The notes: generated by a model from the letters alone, not told the origin. Counted from the first letter of the stretch, positions 41,151-55,164 are shown. The stretch is 64,000 bases of DNA from Tubiluchus corallicola (GCA_030141605.1 JAQGDQ010000723.1:43612-107611), one strand, 5' to 3'. A program made the numbers and translations.

Positions 41151-41457
41151 CTGTCGGCACTGCACTAATATTTTAACTTATATATGAAAAGTAATCCACC
41201 GTGTAGATATTTCCTTATATCATTATAAAACTTTAATGGCCAATTCTATCTCATTTTGACCGTAAAGCAGGTGGCTACAATATTACTGTACGTTAGAACT
41301 TGTACAGCATGACATATACTGCAGACGAAGTCAAAAACACGTCATGCGTCGTCAACTGCCAACTGCCACTTCAAATTCATACTATCAAATTTCAATTTCA
41401 CTTTCAATTCATACTTCAAATTTAATCAAATTTTACTAGACAATGCCTTGTAATTCA

Positions 41458-41910
41458 TCACTTCAGTTCAAATAATTCGTCTATTTGGTACGAATGTAGA
41501 ATGCCCTCTAGGCTGAAGTTTCCGAACCAATGCCTGTATTCAGTTTTGAATGCCTTGACACGCGCAAAATCGGCCTCGACCGTTGCCGTGTTCCCGAAGG
41601 CTGTGGCCAGGCCTCCGGCAAATGTAATTAAAGTAGAAAACTTTTCTCGTTTGATAAGCTCCTTCCAAGAATCATCAAAGCTCGAATTTTGCGCATCCAC
41701 AGCCATTTGAACAGAGGGATCATCTCTGTACAGCCACACCAGATCCTTATGCTCTGTTTCAATATTTTCGATGTCTTGTGGTGTCCAGCCCGCTGCTCTC
41801 AATCTCGGTGCTTGGGTCTTGATTTCAATGCCAAGTTGTGCTGTCGTTGTCTTGACAAGCTGTGCAGGAAAAATCATTGCAGGTGGTTGTGCAGTCTCTC
41901 CACCTGATAC
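41458..41910 (-). mobile_element. hAT-like transposase C-terminal fragment (atypical lineage)
   Basis: FAGGLATAFGNTATVEADF...SLEGILH resembles a divergent hAT dimerisation region. It is cut at 41910 by the adjacent hAT terminus. Confidence 0.6.
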
Positions 41911-44900
41911 CAGGGGCGTGCCAAAGCTTTCTGCTGCCCGGGGCGAGTGTATGATAATGATGCCCCTTATAACTAACTTAAAAAATCGGGACTAAATAAA
42001 TTATAGATGTTGTTAATCATACATGAGAATGAATAAATAAAAGATCAAGTAAGAGTGAGGTGTTTGTATTATTTTATTTATTTAACAATAAACAAAAAGC
42101 AAGTCACTTACTTCGATGTCCAATCGCTCCTTTGCTGTCAACAAACGTCTGTATCACAGCTTCTTTCACTTCGCTTGTCAGGAATTTCTTTTCAATGCTG
42201 ATCAAAGATAAACTTGACAGGCGCTGATTTGACATTGAAGACCTCAAATATGTTTTTATCTGTTTTAACTTTGAAAAAGAACGTTCACAACTAGCAATTG
42301 AGTAGCCAACTGTGAGTAATAAACGATATGCAATGCACAAAGTTGGAAAAACATCCCAGCCAAGCTCAACTAATGAAGCAAGAAAATCCTTCGCATTTTT
42401 TGGAAAAGTTCGGTTTCCACTTCGGAAAAGCGTAAGACAGTCAACGATTTCTTCGTAGAGAGAAGATGAGTTCACGTCAGTCTCAAAATGGTTAGCAAAA
42501 TTCTGACAGTGTCGTTTCAAGGTTTTCAAATGTTCCTTGTTTCAACATCAATTGAATCCAGCGTTACCAAGAATGAAAACTTGTCAGCGAGCCTACGAAT
42601 GCGGCCTGAGCGTTCTGAAAGTTCGGCCTTCAGTCTGTTTGCGATTTCATTCACTATTCTTTTTATTTCATCAATTTCTGATAAGCCTTCGTCTTTCGCA
42701 CTCTCTCCAGACATCATTTTCTTTCGCCTGACTCTTGCCAAGGATACATTCCACTTCTCACAGTATTCTGATGCCGATCCGACTGCATTCTTAATGATGT
42801 CTTCAGATTTAAAGTCAATAATTCTATTGAGCCCATCAAGATCATCGCTTGCCTGAATTAAATCAATCTTGGGATCTTGTAAACGTTTTGTCACTCTCTG
42901 TACTGATGACAGAATAGGGCACCAAAAATTTAAGAGAGAAACAAATGTAAATTGCTGCAATGAACGGAGAAGTAAATAGGCATCAGATTTTGTTCCACTT
43001 GTAAATTTGCCATATTCAAAATGCTCAAGACAAGATACAATTTCATCAAAATTTTCTTGGATGACTTCAACTGCATTGTAGTGTGAACTCCATCTGGTCT
43101 CACAATGCCTCTTGACTGTTTTCTTAACCTTTGACTTCAGTACTTCCCAACGTGATGTCGAAGATGAAAAGAAAACAAAAATTTTGTCAACAATACCAAA
43201 AAATGTGACCACTGTTGGATGAACTTCGGCTGCATGAACACGCCAAATTTAAGCTATGGTTTTCACAATTGATAAACTGGGCTTGAGGATTGATTTCCAA
43301 TATTCGTTTTTGCACTCCAGTTCGAACACCACTCATAACAGCAGCGTTATCGTATGCTTGTCCTCGACAATCATTTAAGTCAATTCCATCATCATTAAAC
43401 TTTTCTATCACCATCTCCACTAAGCTTGCAGCGTTTTTCTCAGAAACTTGAAAGAAACCAAGAAAAACCTCTTTAATTTCGACAACCTTACTCTCATTGA
43501 TGTGAACGTATCTCAAAATCTCCGCAATTTGATCTTCATGTGATACATCTGGAGTGGAATCTAACATCAGAGTGAAATATTTGGCTTTCTTTACTTCGGA
43601 AATAATTTTCTTTTTAATCATATGACCAATAAGATTGATTATTTCATTCTGACTCCTATTAGACAGATAGTTGACCTTGTTGGGCTTATTCCTCATATTC
43701 TGCAAATGTTCGAACAAAACAACATCATAATCAGCTAACAATTTGATTATCTCTAAAAAGTTTCCAGAATTGGTTTCATAAGCATCATCGTTCACCAACT
43801 TTGAAATTCCTTCGTCTCTATGACTTCGAAACGCGATATTCTGTCTTGCAAGGAGAAAAACAACATCGACAATTCGTTCAACAATAAGTCGCCATTTCTT
43901 TTTCTCACTCAAAATATGCTCTTGGAGTTTGTAATCGATCGTGCATGCTTTTTCAATTCTTGCTGCAAAATCCAAATATTCACGCATTGCATTTCTGTGA
44001 CCAGGACTTCTTTCATGTTCATAAATTCTAGGATTCAACTTTCTCCAGCTGCTAAATCCATCTTCGTTACAAAAACTTGATTTACATCTTGAAAATAAAA
44101 AACAAACAAAGCAAAAAGCAGCTTGTTTGCAAGGTGAATATATCAGCCATTTTCTCTGCAAACGCTCGCCATTGCTTGACAAAGTTTCAAACCAATGCTT
44201 AGAAAGTGATCTTCCTTTTTTTTTCAGCAAAAGGACCTTCCTGGTGTTGGAAATTCTCTGGTCCTTGCTGAACTAAGCACTTCACTAAATATGTGGAAAT
44301 CGGCTTCCTTGAACGCCCAAAGTCGTGGTCACGAAATAATTAAAAAAATTCAACGTTATTCTTACCTTCAGCTTCATCGTTCAAAGTGACAGCACTCGTC
44401 TCTGCATTATAATTAAAATCATCAGCGTCACCTGGAATCCATTTTTGCGACGAATTTGCATCCTGATTATCACAATCAGTGTAGAGTTCTGTGTTCACTT
44501 GATTGCTGATGCCCTCTTGGACGACAGCCACGGGTTCATGATTGTCACTGTCAGCATCCGATTGATCATTTGCCACGTGTTGCTTCTTCACCCACACATC
44601 TAAACAGCCTCTCATAGCATTATCTTCTGCTTCTCTGAGCTTTTTTTGTGGCGATTTTTAGCCCCGCTGGGTTGTATTCGCTTCATTTGTCGGATCAAAT
44701 TAGAGGAAATCAATACACACAAGAAATCAAAACAGAAGGCTGTAGCAAGGAAAAACAACGTCGTTTTCGAAAATAATCATTGGACTGAATTCAAACATAC
44801 CGGAAACCAAGCCGCAATTCGCCTCGCACACAAGCGGCGCACGTGACACCGTCGTCATAACAAAGATAACGTCACTGACCGCGCTTCATCACGAAGAGCG

Positions 44901-45138
44901 GTAAGGGAATTCGCAGCGAACACGCACCTGCCATCGATTAAAACCCGTGCGCTCGAAGTCTTCAGCGCTGTCAATAGAACACGGTGATCGCTAGCATTCG
45001 ATCTTGTCTATGATGAAAGCACATCGAGAAAAGTGAGTATAGCTTAATAACGTGAACTCTATGGCTTGGATCTGCTGCCCCCTACAGCTTGCTGCCCGGG
45101 GCGGCTGCCCCTATGGCCCTCCTCTAGGCACGCCCCTG
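41911..45138 (-). mobile_element. Near full-length hAT transposon (ZMYM1-like / DUF4371, Tip-type), frameshifted
   Basis: 12-bp TIR CAGGGGCGTGCC at 41911 and 45138. TTF-type finger (WLIYS...FCFVCFLF), AFRSH, MLDSTPD, GQAYDNA, CENH, ETRW and SCERSFSKLK are spread over 44686-42104. Confidence 0.93.
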
Positions 45139-47214
45139 TGTGCTAGGCAAAGATATTTCGCGCACTTTCGACACTGAACATCCGTTTTCTTGTCTAGACG
45201 CCCCGGGCAGAGTTGACACCGTTTCCTTTTGCGATCTGCGGCTGCAGGTTGTGGAGGTGGTGGGCGATTGGCAGCGGCCTCTGGTGCAAACAAATGAATA
45301 GCTGTCAAGACTTTAGAGTTGAGTCTTGGGTCATCGGCTCTTCGTCTGTTCATTCGAGGTATGATCAGTTGGTGAGATAGGTCTTTTAGAAAATTGTATC
45401 TTGTCATAGCTGCCTCTGAGCGATCATTGAATAAGATGAAGGCATTCACGCCCATGACGTCGATGAGGTTCATCAGCATGGAATAAGGCTATCTCGGGCT
45501 TGACCTCTCCCTGTAGAGCATTGCGATGAAGCGTGCTGAGAAGTAATACGGGTTTCGTCTTCTTTCGGTCTACGAATGAGATGAGTATTTGGGAGCCACT
45601 CTGATAGTACACAGCTGACCTATGATCTCTCCCAGCTGTACTCTTGGCAATAGCAGGAATGTCTCTTCTATTGTGTCGCACCGTGCCAACAGCTGTGATT
45701 CTCTTCTCTTCAAGTTTGGTGAGTAGAGGAGAGCTGGTAAACCAGTTATCCATTGTGATGTTAACATCACTGCCAAAAAAAGGCTTAGCTATAGTCAGGG
45801 TGCATTTGGAAGACAGATCATATTCGTTGAATTCTGGATCGGGGAATGTTCCTGCACCACTGTATGCAACGCCATTGAGTACGTATGTGTTGTCGTTGTC
45901 TACTAGCCAGAAGATCTTCATTCCATACTTCCCTGGCTTTGTAGGTATATATTGACGAAATTTCACTCTCCCATGGAACTCAACTAACTGCTCATCGATT
46001 GTCAGGTGAGGAGATGGTTTGTATACATTCTTGAATCTAGATATCGCAGAGTTCCAAACCTCTCAAATGGGAGAAAAGGGGTCATCTCGATTTTGTCGCA
46101 AACGGTCGTCACAACGGAATACTCGCTGAATCATTTCAAAGCGCTGCTTTGACATTGTTGCGTACATTGCAGGAATACCATCGCGCTCTTGAAAAAGCTC
46201 TGAGATGCAGCGGTAATGAGCCTTGTAGACACCACATAGAATATGTAATCCGAGGAATGCGTAGAGTTCGATTTCATCACATTCAATCCAATTGTCATGG
46301 AACCATTCTGAGTTCACAGATACTCGTCGAGCTTCGAGATTAGTGTATCAAACTAAATCAGGAATTATGTTTTCGATGAAAACTCAGGAGATTGGGGGTG
46401 TAGAGACGGAATGAAACCTATATTGTGCTGCAAGATATTTCGCCGAGGAGCTCTACCGGGTTCGTTGTTGTCGTTGACAGCGATTCTTCTCCATTGCTTG
46501 CCTGAAGGAGCTGCAATCAGTGGCTCCAGATCATTTGTGTCTTCACTGTCACTATCGTCCTCTGTGTCTGATGCAGTTTCAGCAACTACAGCCTCTACTG
46601 GCAGCTGATAGTCATCATCGCCATCGTCTGGATTGTCTGAGTCGTAATTTTGCATAATTATAGCGGCCTCATCTGCCGTGAATTGACGACGTCTCTGTCT
46701 GTGATCCATACTAGCGCTAATCGACTGTCACTTAACTTCCAAATTGCAAACTGAGCTGCCAGCAACAGACACATTGTGCTAAATACCCCTTGTTCTGGCA
46801 GTAAATCCGAGTTGATTGGCTGTCTGAATTTCGCTCACTACATTCACCAGTTCACTGTGTATGTGAGCGATGCAGCACTTCAGTCTACTGTAAGCACGTC
46901 TTACACACTCTTATAACTATCCCGCATGAGTCAGCAGTTTATTCGACTGAGTGATAGAATTATCGATTTTGTTTGTTTCGTGTTTGATGCGAAATATACG
47001 CATGGGTATGATGGTACCCACGACGTAGATAGTTATAGAAATATTGGTAGCAGTGAAATACACTATTATTTTTCAAATTCATTAGGGGAGTAAATACATC
47101 TCACATAATTAGAAAAAGTCATGAAAGTCAAAGCCTTCAAGTGTAATCATTTACGCATGAGACTAATTTAATTTTGTCGGCGGGTACGCCTGTACCCACG
47201 ACGTAGATTAACCG
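45139..47214 (-). mobile_element. piggyBac (PGBD4-like) transposon, decayed, 3' end replaced by hAT
   Basis: LTIDEQL, YIPTKPGKYGMK, ITMDNWFTS and C-terminal CQLC...CRKC...CLAH. The third-Asp (GGVD) region appears deleted near 45480. The 5' terminus is followed by TTAA (47215-47218), with GTACCCACGACGTAGAT repeated. Confidence 0.92.
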
Positions 47215-47833
47215 TTAAACATATCATGTCCTCAGATGATGTTTACTCATTGTTCTGAACAGTGTAAATTATTGGGATAGTCAGTTTTAACTCTGCTGTT
47301 ATTCTGTATATAGTTTATGGCAGGGGTGTGCAAATTGCGGCCCGCAAAGAGATTTGTCAACCTAATGAAAGTGCGGCCCGGGCGATTAATTGAGTGTATC
47401 CAGTTGAAGTCCGTGCCACGATCCCAAAGATAGTGCGTGTAGTTTTTTCTACTAGATTGGATGCCATTAACCCTTACAAGACGGTTGTAGCTTAATGTCA
47501 CTGTACTACACAGATACACATTACTAATATGTATTGTAATGAAATTACCACTATCTGTCCCGAAAGTAGAGATATATGCTTTGTAATATAAATTTTAATA
47601 ACTTCTGAAATAGTTTCTTGGGGGTAGTAGTAATGATGTACGCAGGTCGGATGCAAAAAAAAATCGTTATTAGGCCCTTCTGTACTTGGCTCCTTGATCA
47701 AACTGCCTGTGGCCTGCAGGAATTGCGGGAAAGTTTAATGTGGCCATCAGCATGTAGATGCACACCATGCTAACTATGGCATCATCGATCCGTATGTAAA
47801 TTTTATCACTATAAAATGACACTCGGGATTATA

Positions 47834-50800
47834 GGGGAGGCTGGGGCAAATTGAGCCAATTTTCAATTTTGGCTGTTCAGAACCCAAACGACTAGTTATT
47901 TTGCAAAGATGAGTAGTTTTATTTTCAATTATTTTATTTGGGGACATTTTGAAACAAGATGCAGTCTTCTACTAGTACACCTAAACCGACCATGAGCCTA
48001 AAAAATATGCATATCAAATGGCTCAACTTGCCCCGACCATGGGGCAAGTTGATCCAACCTCTGGGGTAAGTTATGCCACGCAGGGGTAAGTTGTGCCACG
48101 AAGAAATGTGTTGCAAATGAAGAAAGAACAAGCCCAAAATGTTGCTGTGGTATAAAACAAATCATAATCATGAAGTAGAAATGTTAATTACAGCATTAAA
48201 CAAAATGTTTTTTGTTCTCACAGACAGGAAAGTAATAAACATGTACCGGTCAAATAACATGAATAATAAGAATGATGAATGATGTCAATGATTGTGATGA
48301 TGACGATGATAATGACACAAATGAACCAGCATCAAATTCAAAACATGTGTCTGAAAGTAAGTCAATGAAGTTGCCACTGTGATAAGTCACAGCTGAACAC
48401 GAGCTGGCCAGAACAACGGAGAGAACTGCCAGCACTTTTCGGCTGTGGCAGCTTGTAAACAACATCTTCTGCATTGAAACCCGCTTCGTCGTTTGGATTT
48501 GGAACAAACACAGGCTTGTCCGTTCCTACTTTCCCAGCAACTTTTTGAAGGAAAACACCTTCAAACTCAAAGTCCTCCCCGTAGAGAATGTCAACCCGAG
48601 CAATGAAGTTCACAATTCGTGATTTGCCAGCACATTTGACAACCACAAAGTCACCTTCAATTATTGGGCTATCCAGATCAATATCACCGTCACTGTCTGA
48701 TGACACATCATCAAATTCAAAATCTGAATCATCAGTATCACTTGAACTTGGTGTTTTGAATATCGGGGGACATGACTTTTTCCCACCAGATTTGAACAAG
48801 CACTTCTTTGTTTTGGGCAAAAGGCTCCTCTTTCTATTTTCAGAAAGGGCTACCAGCTCCTGTCTTTCGGGGGTGTCAGTCAAAATCTTTGAGCTGCCCT
48901 TTTTGCGACCACCTCTTCTAGCCTTTCTCGGTGCTGCTTTCGGAAATGGCTGAATAGCAGATGGTGAAATGTATGGACGAGGCATGACATCATGTGAACT
49001 AGGTGAGACACAAGACCCACATGATGTGGACGGTTGCATAAGATCATTTGCTTGCTGTTTTTGTAGCTGGACATCATCACTGGGCACGGGCAAGACAGCT
49101 CCAGGAACCTCACCTGAGGGTCCTGCATCTTCCATGGTAGAATTTGCCTCAAGGCTTTCTGCAGCAGCCACGTTTTGCTCACGGTCAGTTGGAAGAGAAG
49201 GGGCAAAGTCAATGTCACTAAAGATGTCCCGGTTAAATGGATGAATGCCCGAGGCTTGGAAGCCAGCAGCAATGTTCAACGGTGTCATGGCAATCATCTG
49301 GGCTTGTTTCACAAGAGCTGGGATATCATAGATTGTTACTGTTTTCCCTGGATTGGATCGTAGCCATCCATCCATGGCTCTGTTGTACGCAGTTTTGAAG
49401 GGTCCGTACACTGACCGGTCGAGCGGCTGGAGACGATGGGAAGTGTGTGGTGGAATGGTCAATATGACAACCCCATGAGACCTTGCTGTGTCCACAACAT
49501 TCAAAGAAATATGTGTGTCATGGTTGTCGATGATCAATAGGATCTTCTTTTCTGGTGAGCATCTGGTGTGTTCGATGATGTGATTCAAATACTCCACAAA
49601 CACCTCTTCATTGATCCAGCCACTTCGTGTTGCCCTGCCCATGCACTGTGTTGGTCCATCTCTGATGGACTCTGGGAAAGATTAACAAAGGAGACACGAC
49701 CGTACCAATTGCACTCACAGTGTACACTACAGTTACCAATTCCCCACGTTCAGCGGAGGTGATTGAACCAACTTGTTTCTTTCCCTTTTCTGTGACAACG
49801 GCTCCAGGGTTTTGGACTGTGGTGCACCCAGTTTCATCAGCATTATAAATGTCACATGGTGAGAACTTGTATTTGTCCATTACCTGGCTCAAGTTTTTAA
49901 AAAATTTGTCAACAACTGGGCGGTTGAAGGCTGTGGCACGCCCAAAAGATGTTGCTTCTGGCACTCTAATTGCCAGGTTCTAGCGCTTCTTGAAGCCTAA
50001 CCACCAATCAAGTCCTGCTTTTTTCTCACGATCCCAACTTGGTGGCACATTAAGAAAGTTTTTTTAGCAAACTCAAATGCCAGTGTGCGACATCTGCTCA
50101 CTGACAAACCATGAAACATGTCTGACAATTGTTTCACATGGTCAGCCAAATCCCTTTCCATTTCAGGACTAAAAACCAATTTCCGTAAGGACACAGGTGT
50201 ATAACCAGTCCCCGCTGGTTGCCTGTCTTGTTTGTCCATGTACCGCTTGAGTGTCATTCGATCAATGTTGAAGTCCTTTGCAGCACTCCGCATACTCTGC
50301 CCTCCAGCAACAGCGGCAGCAGCCCGTTCTAAAACGTCTGTAGGAGTTCCCCCACGATTGGTCTTTCGTACGTAGTTGCGCATATCTGGTCGTTTTTTCT
50401 TCTGAAACAACACAAAAAAGGAAACAAGTTTACACAATGAATCTGATAATTCTAATTTTTGTTATTAGTAATAATAGTCACGATCAGTGATGTGAAGTCG
50501 GTCTGAAAATCACATCACTGGTGTCAACGGAAAACAATAAAGTGGCCCAGCACAGAGAGAGAGAGACTCCCCCCTCTAGGCGACTGACAACGGCAGGTCG
50601 CCGTTTGCGTACTGGCTGCTAAGCAGATGTTGCTAAACATTTAACTCATAATATAAGATCAGATATATATCTAGAACATGTAGGCCTAACTTACACACAT
50701 AAATTTTGAATTCAGTCTATAATAGGCCTACTGATGTGATTGCACATACAACTGCTTCTTAAAAACCTGTAAACAGGCATATGGGGTAAGTTGAGCCAGT

Positions 50801-51193
50801 GGCACAACTTACCCCCTAAGCATTGGCTCAACTTACCCCTATCTTACCTCATTGACTTGTCTATTCAAATGCATGCATACCATGTGTGGTGCATGTAAAA
50901 AGCTTTTACAGGCACAAAGGCAGGTAATTGAACTAACAACTACCACATATTATTTCTAATCAAACTATTACTGCATACAAGAAACATGCACTTACCTCTG
51001 AAACGCTGAATTTTACTTTTTTGGCACGAAATCTGATTTTCTTTCACTGCATCAATGTCTGATCTTGAGTCAGCAAAACAAAATGGTGGAGGTTAAAGTC
51101 ATGTGATCAGTTATTTATAGATAGCATAAAAACTTGGATTGGCTTAGTCACTTGTGGTTGAAAGGGGGTGGCTCAACTTACCCCACCTTCCCC
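47834..51193 (-). mobile_element. Full-length pogo-family DD35D transposon with frameshifted transposase
   Basis: Imperfect TIRs GGGGAGGCTGGGGCAAATTGAGCCA / GGGGAAGGTGGGGGTAAGTTGAGCCA with TA flanks. HTH N-terminus, YNADETG, SGWI, IDNH-(35 aa between Asp)-QPLD. Internal GGGGTAAGTTG repeats. Confidence 0.94.
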
Positions 51194-51921
51194 TACTGGT
51201 AGATGAATATATATGCCACACATTAATCTGCAGGAAAAATTGTTCACTTAACTTAGTTCACCCTTTTCGGCACCACATGTCGCATTTAACGACTTACCTC
51301 ACAATTTTTTGTCACTTAAACTGTCCAAAATTAAACACGCAACATGCATCTTCTTCTTCTTTTAGTAATGTTCTAACTTTAAATTGTATTTTTCTCTATA
51401 ATCTCTATCCTTTAGCTTGGCAACATCTAAGTGTTTTGTTCTTTGCTTTTTCTGTAGCATTTTTACCCGTTTGACTGAAATCTTAGTCATAACCAAAGAG
51501 TGGACGGTATTTATGTTTAAGCCAGCGTATTAAGCAGATACGCAACATGCATCATCCATCTTTTTTTATTCAATCACCGAAATCTTTTATTGTGAACTGT
51601 TTGCTAGTTTGCATCGCGTGCGACATGCATATTGCTGGAACGGTGTTGTTGGGACCCGAGTAAGTCACTAGCCCAAGTAGGACACTAGAGACAGGTCGCG
51701 AATTGAGTTGTTAAGTGTACTGGCACCGTCCGTTGTTCTTGTTTATGTAATAATAATAATTAAAAACGTTAGTAGACGTTGAATAATTTATTATACATCT
51801 GCTAAAATAAAAGAATTTTATTCTGAGCTGGTAGAACGGACAATATTAAATTTGGTTTCGATATTAATGTTGTTGAAGTGAAAAAAAACCAGTTTTTTGC
51901 GAGTTCAACATTTGTTTAAGC

Positions 51922-53201
51922 CTTAATAAGCGACATTTTAAAGGTCGCGTCTTCACAAAGTTCACTATGCGCACAACATCATCCAACACAGGAGCTAGAT
52001 CTGCTGGTAAGGTCTTTGCAACGAGGGCCCCACGGTGCAAAAAACAGTGCGTAACAATAACATCTGGGTTTCTTTCTTTGACCCTACTTACGAAGCCTTT
52101 GGTGCGCCCGACCATGGCTGCGGCTCCATCAGTGCAGACACCTATGCAGTTTTCCCATGTAAGCCCGCTTTTGTCAAGATATTCCGACGTGACCCGAAAT
52201 ATTTCTTCTCTTGTTGATTTTTCTGGCAGTACTTTGCAAAATAGGAAGTTTTCTCTAATGGCTTCTCCATCCACAAAACGCACGTTGGCCAAAAGCTGAC
52301 AATGTCCACTAATATCCGTCGACTCATCAAGTTGCAAGGCAAATTTCTTACTGATACGCATCTTTTCCAAAACAACAGTTTCAATGTCTGCAGACATGTC
52401 ATCAATAAGTCTGGCAATTGTGTAATCTGAGAGAGGCACTTTAGCTATCTCTTTGGCCGCGTCAGGGCCAAGCATCTCATTTACAATGTCTTTGCAAGCT
52501 GGCAGTATTAATGTTTCTGCCACAGTGTGGGACTTTTTTGATTTAGCTACGAGTTCAGCAACAAGGTAGCTAGCTTTGAGGGCTCTCTCGTTTACCTTTG
52601 TGGTTTTTCTCAAAAAAGTTGCCTGTTTCTCATTATTTGTACGTAAGCGTACAAAATACTCCATCAGCTTGTTTTGAACGGAAGGGTGTTTCGTTTGGAG
52701 ATGGCGTTTAAGCTTGCTTGGCACCATGGCGCTATTGGATAGCTTCTCACCACACACCAAGCACAGCGGAGTCGGCGCTGTAGCATCCCCGGTAAAAGTA
52801 AATCCAAATGAAAGATAGCTTTCGCTGTATTGCCTCGAGTTCACCGTCTTGTCTTTTTTCTTTTGTCGACCACTCATACTAGGGCCTTCATCTGGGTCAG
52901 AATTTTTGTCTAGGGCCCTGTTCGGCATTTGCATTTTCCCTTCTCAAAAACTTCTCCATCACTGTCACTTGCTCGTCTTGCTGAGATCCCAAACTGTCAC
53001 TGTCACGTGTCACGCAGCACTAACTCTATTGACTTTACAGGCATTTATCGCTTTCTGCTGCCACCCACTGAAATAGAAGAGTATTACATTATCGGCCACA
53101 CTTTATTACAGCACAGACACCCGACAGTGGTTAATTAGGTGATATTAGATAATTTCCCACGGCACATCAGTGTGCCGTGGCACACTGGTTGAAAAACACT
53201 G
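51922..53201 (-). mobile_element. Buster/Charlie-type hAT (ZBED5/SCAND3-like transposase), 3'-truncated, nested in the Ginger element
   Basis: [55 protein letters not shown]. Terminus CAGTGTTTTTCAAC at 53201; the flank GTTTAAGG has the central TA typical of Buster targets. Confidence 0.93.
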
Positions 53202-55164
53202 GTTTAAGGTATATCATTTTTCATTTTGTCTCGCTTCACAGACAGGTGATCCGTTTCACTACCACTTGGGTAAATAATTGTTTTCTTCTAAGTAAACGTT
53301 CTAGCAATATATGTGCCCTACATGGGCTAGCGAGCCATGTACGACAGTGCCCTACATGTTACAATACTACTGATAATATTAAAACTAATTGTCTTTGCTT
53401 TTCCTAAATGTTAAAAATTACTTTTTGGTGTTGTGAAGGCTTAGCAGCATCTGTCTCATTTTTAAATTTGCAACTATTTCTGTAATAACTGTGTGCAGTG
53501 TTTCTCTCTTTAAAGTATTAGACACTAGGTTTAATGTTATGATGATATTAATGGAGCTAATCATAATGATGATATTATTGTAAAAAATATACTTGTAAAT
53601 TGCCAAAGAATATCCATCATTATTAGAAAGATCCTTTTTCTAAAACAAATATTGTTTTTATGTTTTTTTATGTCATAATAATACTAATAAACAATGGTAA
53701 TATCTAATTCACTGACTATTACTTGTACAACAATAATTATGATCAATTAAAATTTATAAACTGGAAATATAAGGCTGTAAACAAGTTTTGCCAGAGCCTC
53801 TCTGTTTGCCTACATAGCTGTGACAGCCACGTAGTTACCGGCAAGCACCGCGAGGAGGTCGAGAGGTTGGACTTAATTAGCTCAGCAAAAATTTTTTTGA
53901 TGGCTATCTTGCCTTTCAAGCAATCAGTTTATGCCCACTCACGCACATTTAACAATTTGCTTAGCATGTTAAATGCAACAATTACCATAATTTTCATAAA
54001 TGAATAAAACACAAATGAATTTACACATAATCACTTGCTAACTCCTCATAGTGTGTTGACTTGAAACAGACCTGTTAAGCAATTCATCAGCCACAGCCTG
54101 GGTAGTCAAACAGCAGCTGCTACTAACAATCTGCACCATATTCGAAATTTTGTTTTCAACTGTCTGATTTCCACGCTCCACAACTCCCTGAGATTGAGAA
54201 TGACTTGCTCTTCCAGTTATGAAAATGGTCTTTCCTCCCCATAGTGAGCACATTTCTGGCAACAACTGATTGACAAACACTCGACCTAAATTTATGGAAC
54301 GAATATGGAACAATAATGGTATAGGGATGCCAGGATGAGTTTGTTTAATAATAGCACATTTGATATTGTTAAATCTGCATGCCTTGATTTCTTACCATCT
54401 GATTTACGAACAGCCAGAACGTCTTGCAGTCCTAAATCAGGTAACTTGACCAGCACAAACTTCTTTGTATCAGTAAAGCGTCTGATGATGTTCCTATCAA
54501 AGTTGCTCAGCATCAAATTTGCCTCTTTTAGATCCCCTCCCATTTCAAATATCTAACCACCTCAACATATTTTGCTTCACTGATGATAACAGAATTTTTG
54601 GCTTTTTCTAATGCAAGAATTTCGTTGGCCATTTTCACCTTGAAGTTCTCCATGACTGAAAGGTTTGCATTAAAACAGTAAATTTAAAAGAAAATTAAAC
54701 GGATCCTTTTAATGCACACTGGAAAGTAACACCAAAGTCCAAAAATTCTAGGTTACAGAATTAGGTAAACAATATGTGTTTATCAAAGCTTCAGATACTA
54801 TTTCACTACCTCCACTTTGTCTCTCCTACCGTCGACTATATCAACTTCAAAAAATTCACAAAATTCACTCTTTAATTTACAGTGCAGCATACTTTAGAGC
54901 TTTTTGCATTAATACCCAAATAACTGATTTTGTTTTTCCTAATAACCGCATTATAAAGAACCAACTGTTTCACCAACATCATGACATGTGATAACCAAAA
55001 TAATAGCTACTAGTACTACTTTTCGAAATTGAAACAAAAAATGAAAAGAAATGTATGAAATGAATGAAATGTAATATCGCAGTCAAATCGAGCAGGGGTT
55101 CCCCTAACAAGAGAAAAATGATGAAATTTGCGCAGAAAAAGCCTGACAAAGAGTCATTACAGAG

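Noticed and set aside
47321-47769. Charlie-like MITE (CAGGGGTGTGCAA...TGCACACCATG)
   Set aside because: Plausible, but the TIR is imperfect and no TSD was found, so it is not listed as a feature.
32180-52299. Numerous + strand ORFs overlapping transposases
   Set aside because: Antisense shadows of the minus-strand transposase frames.
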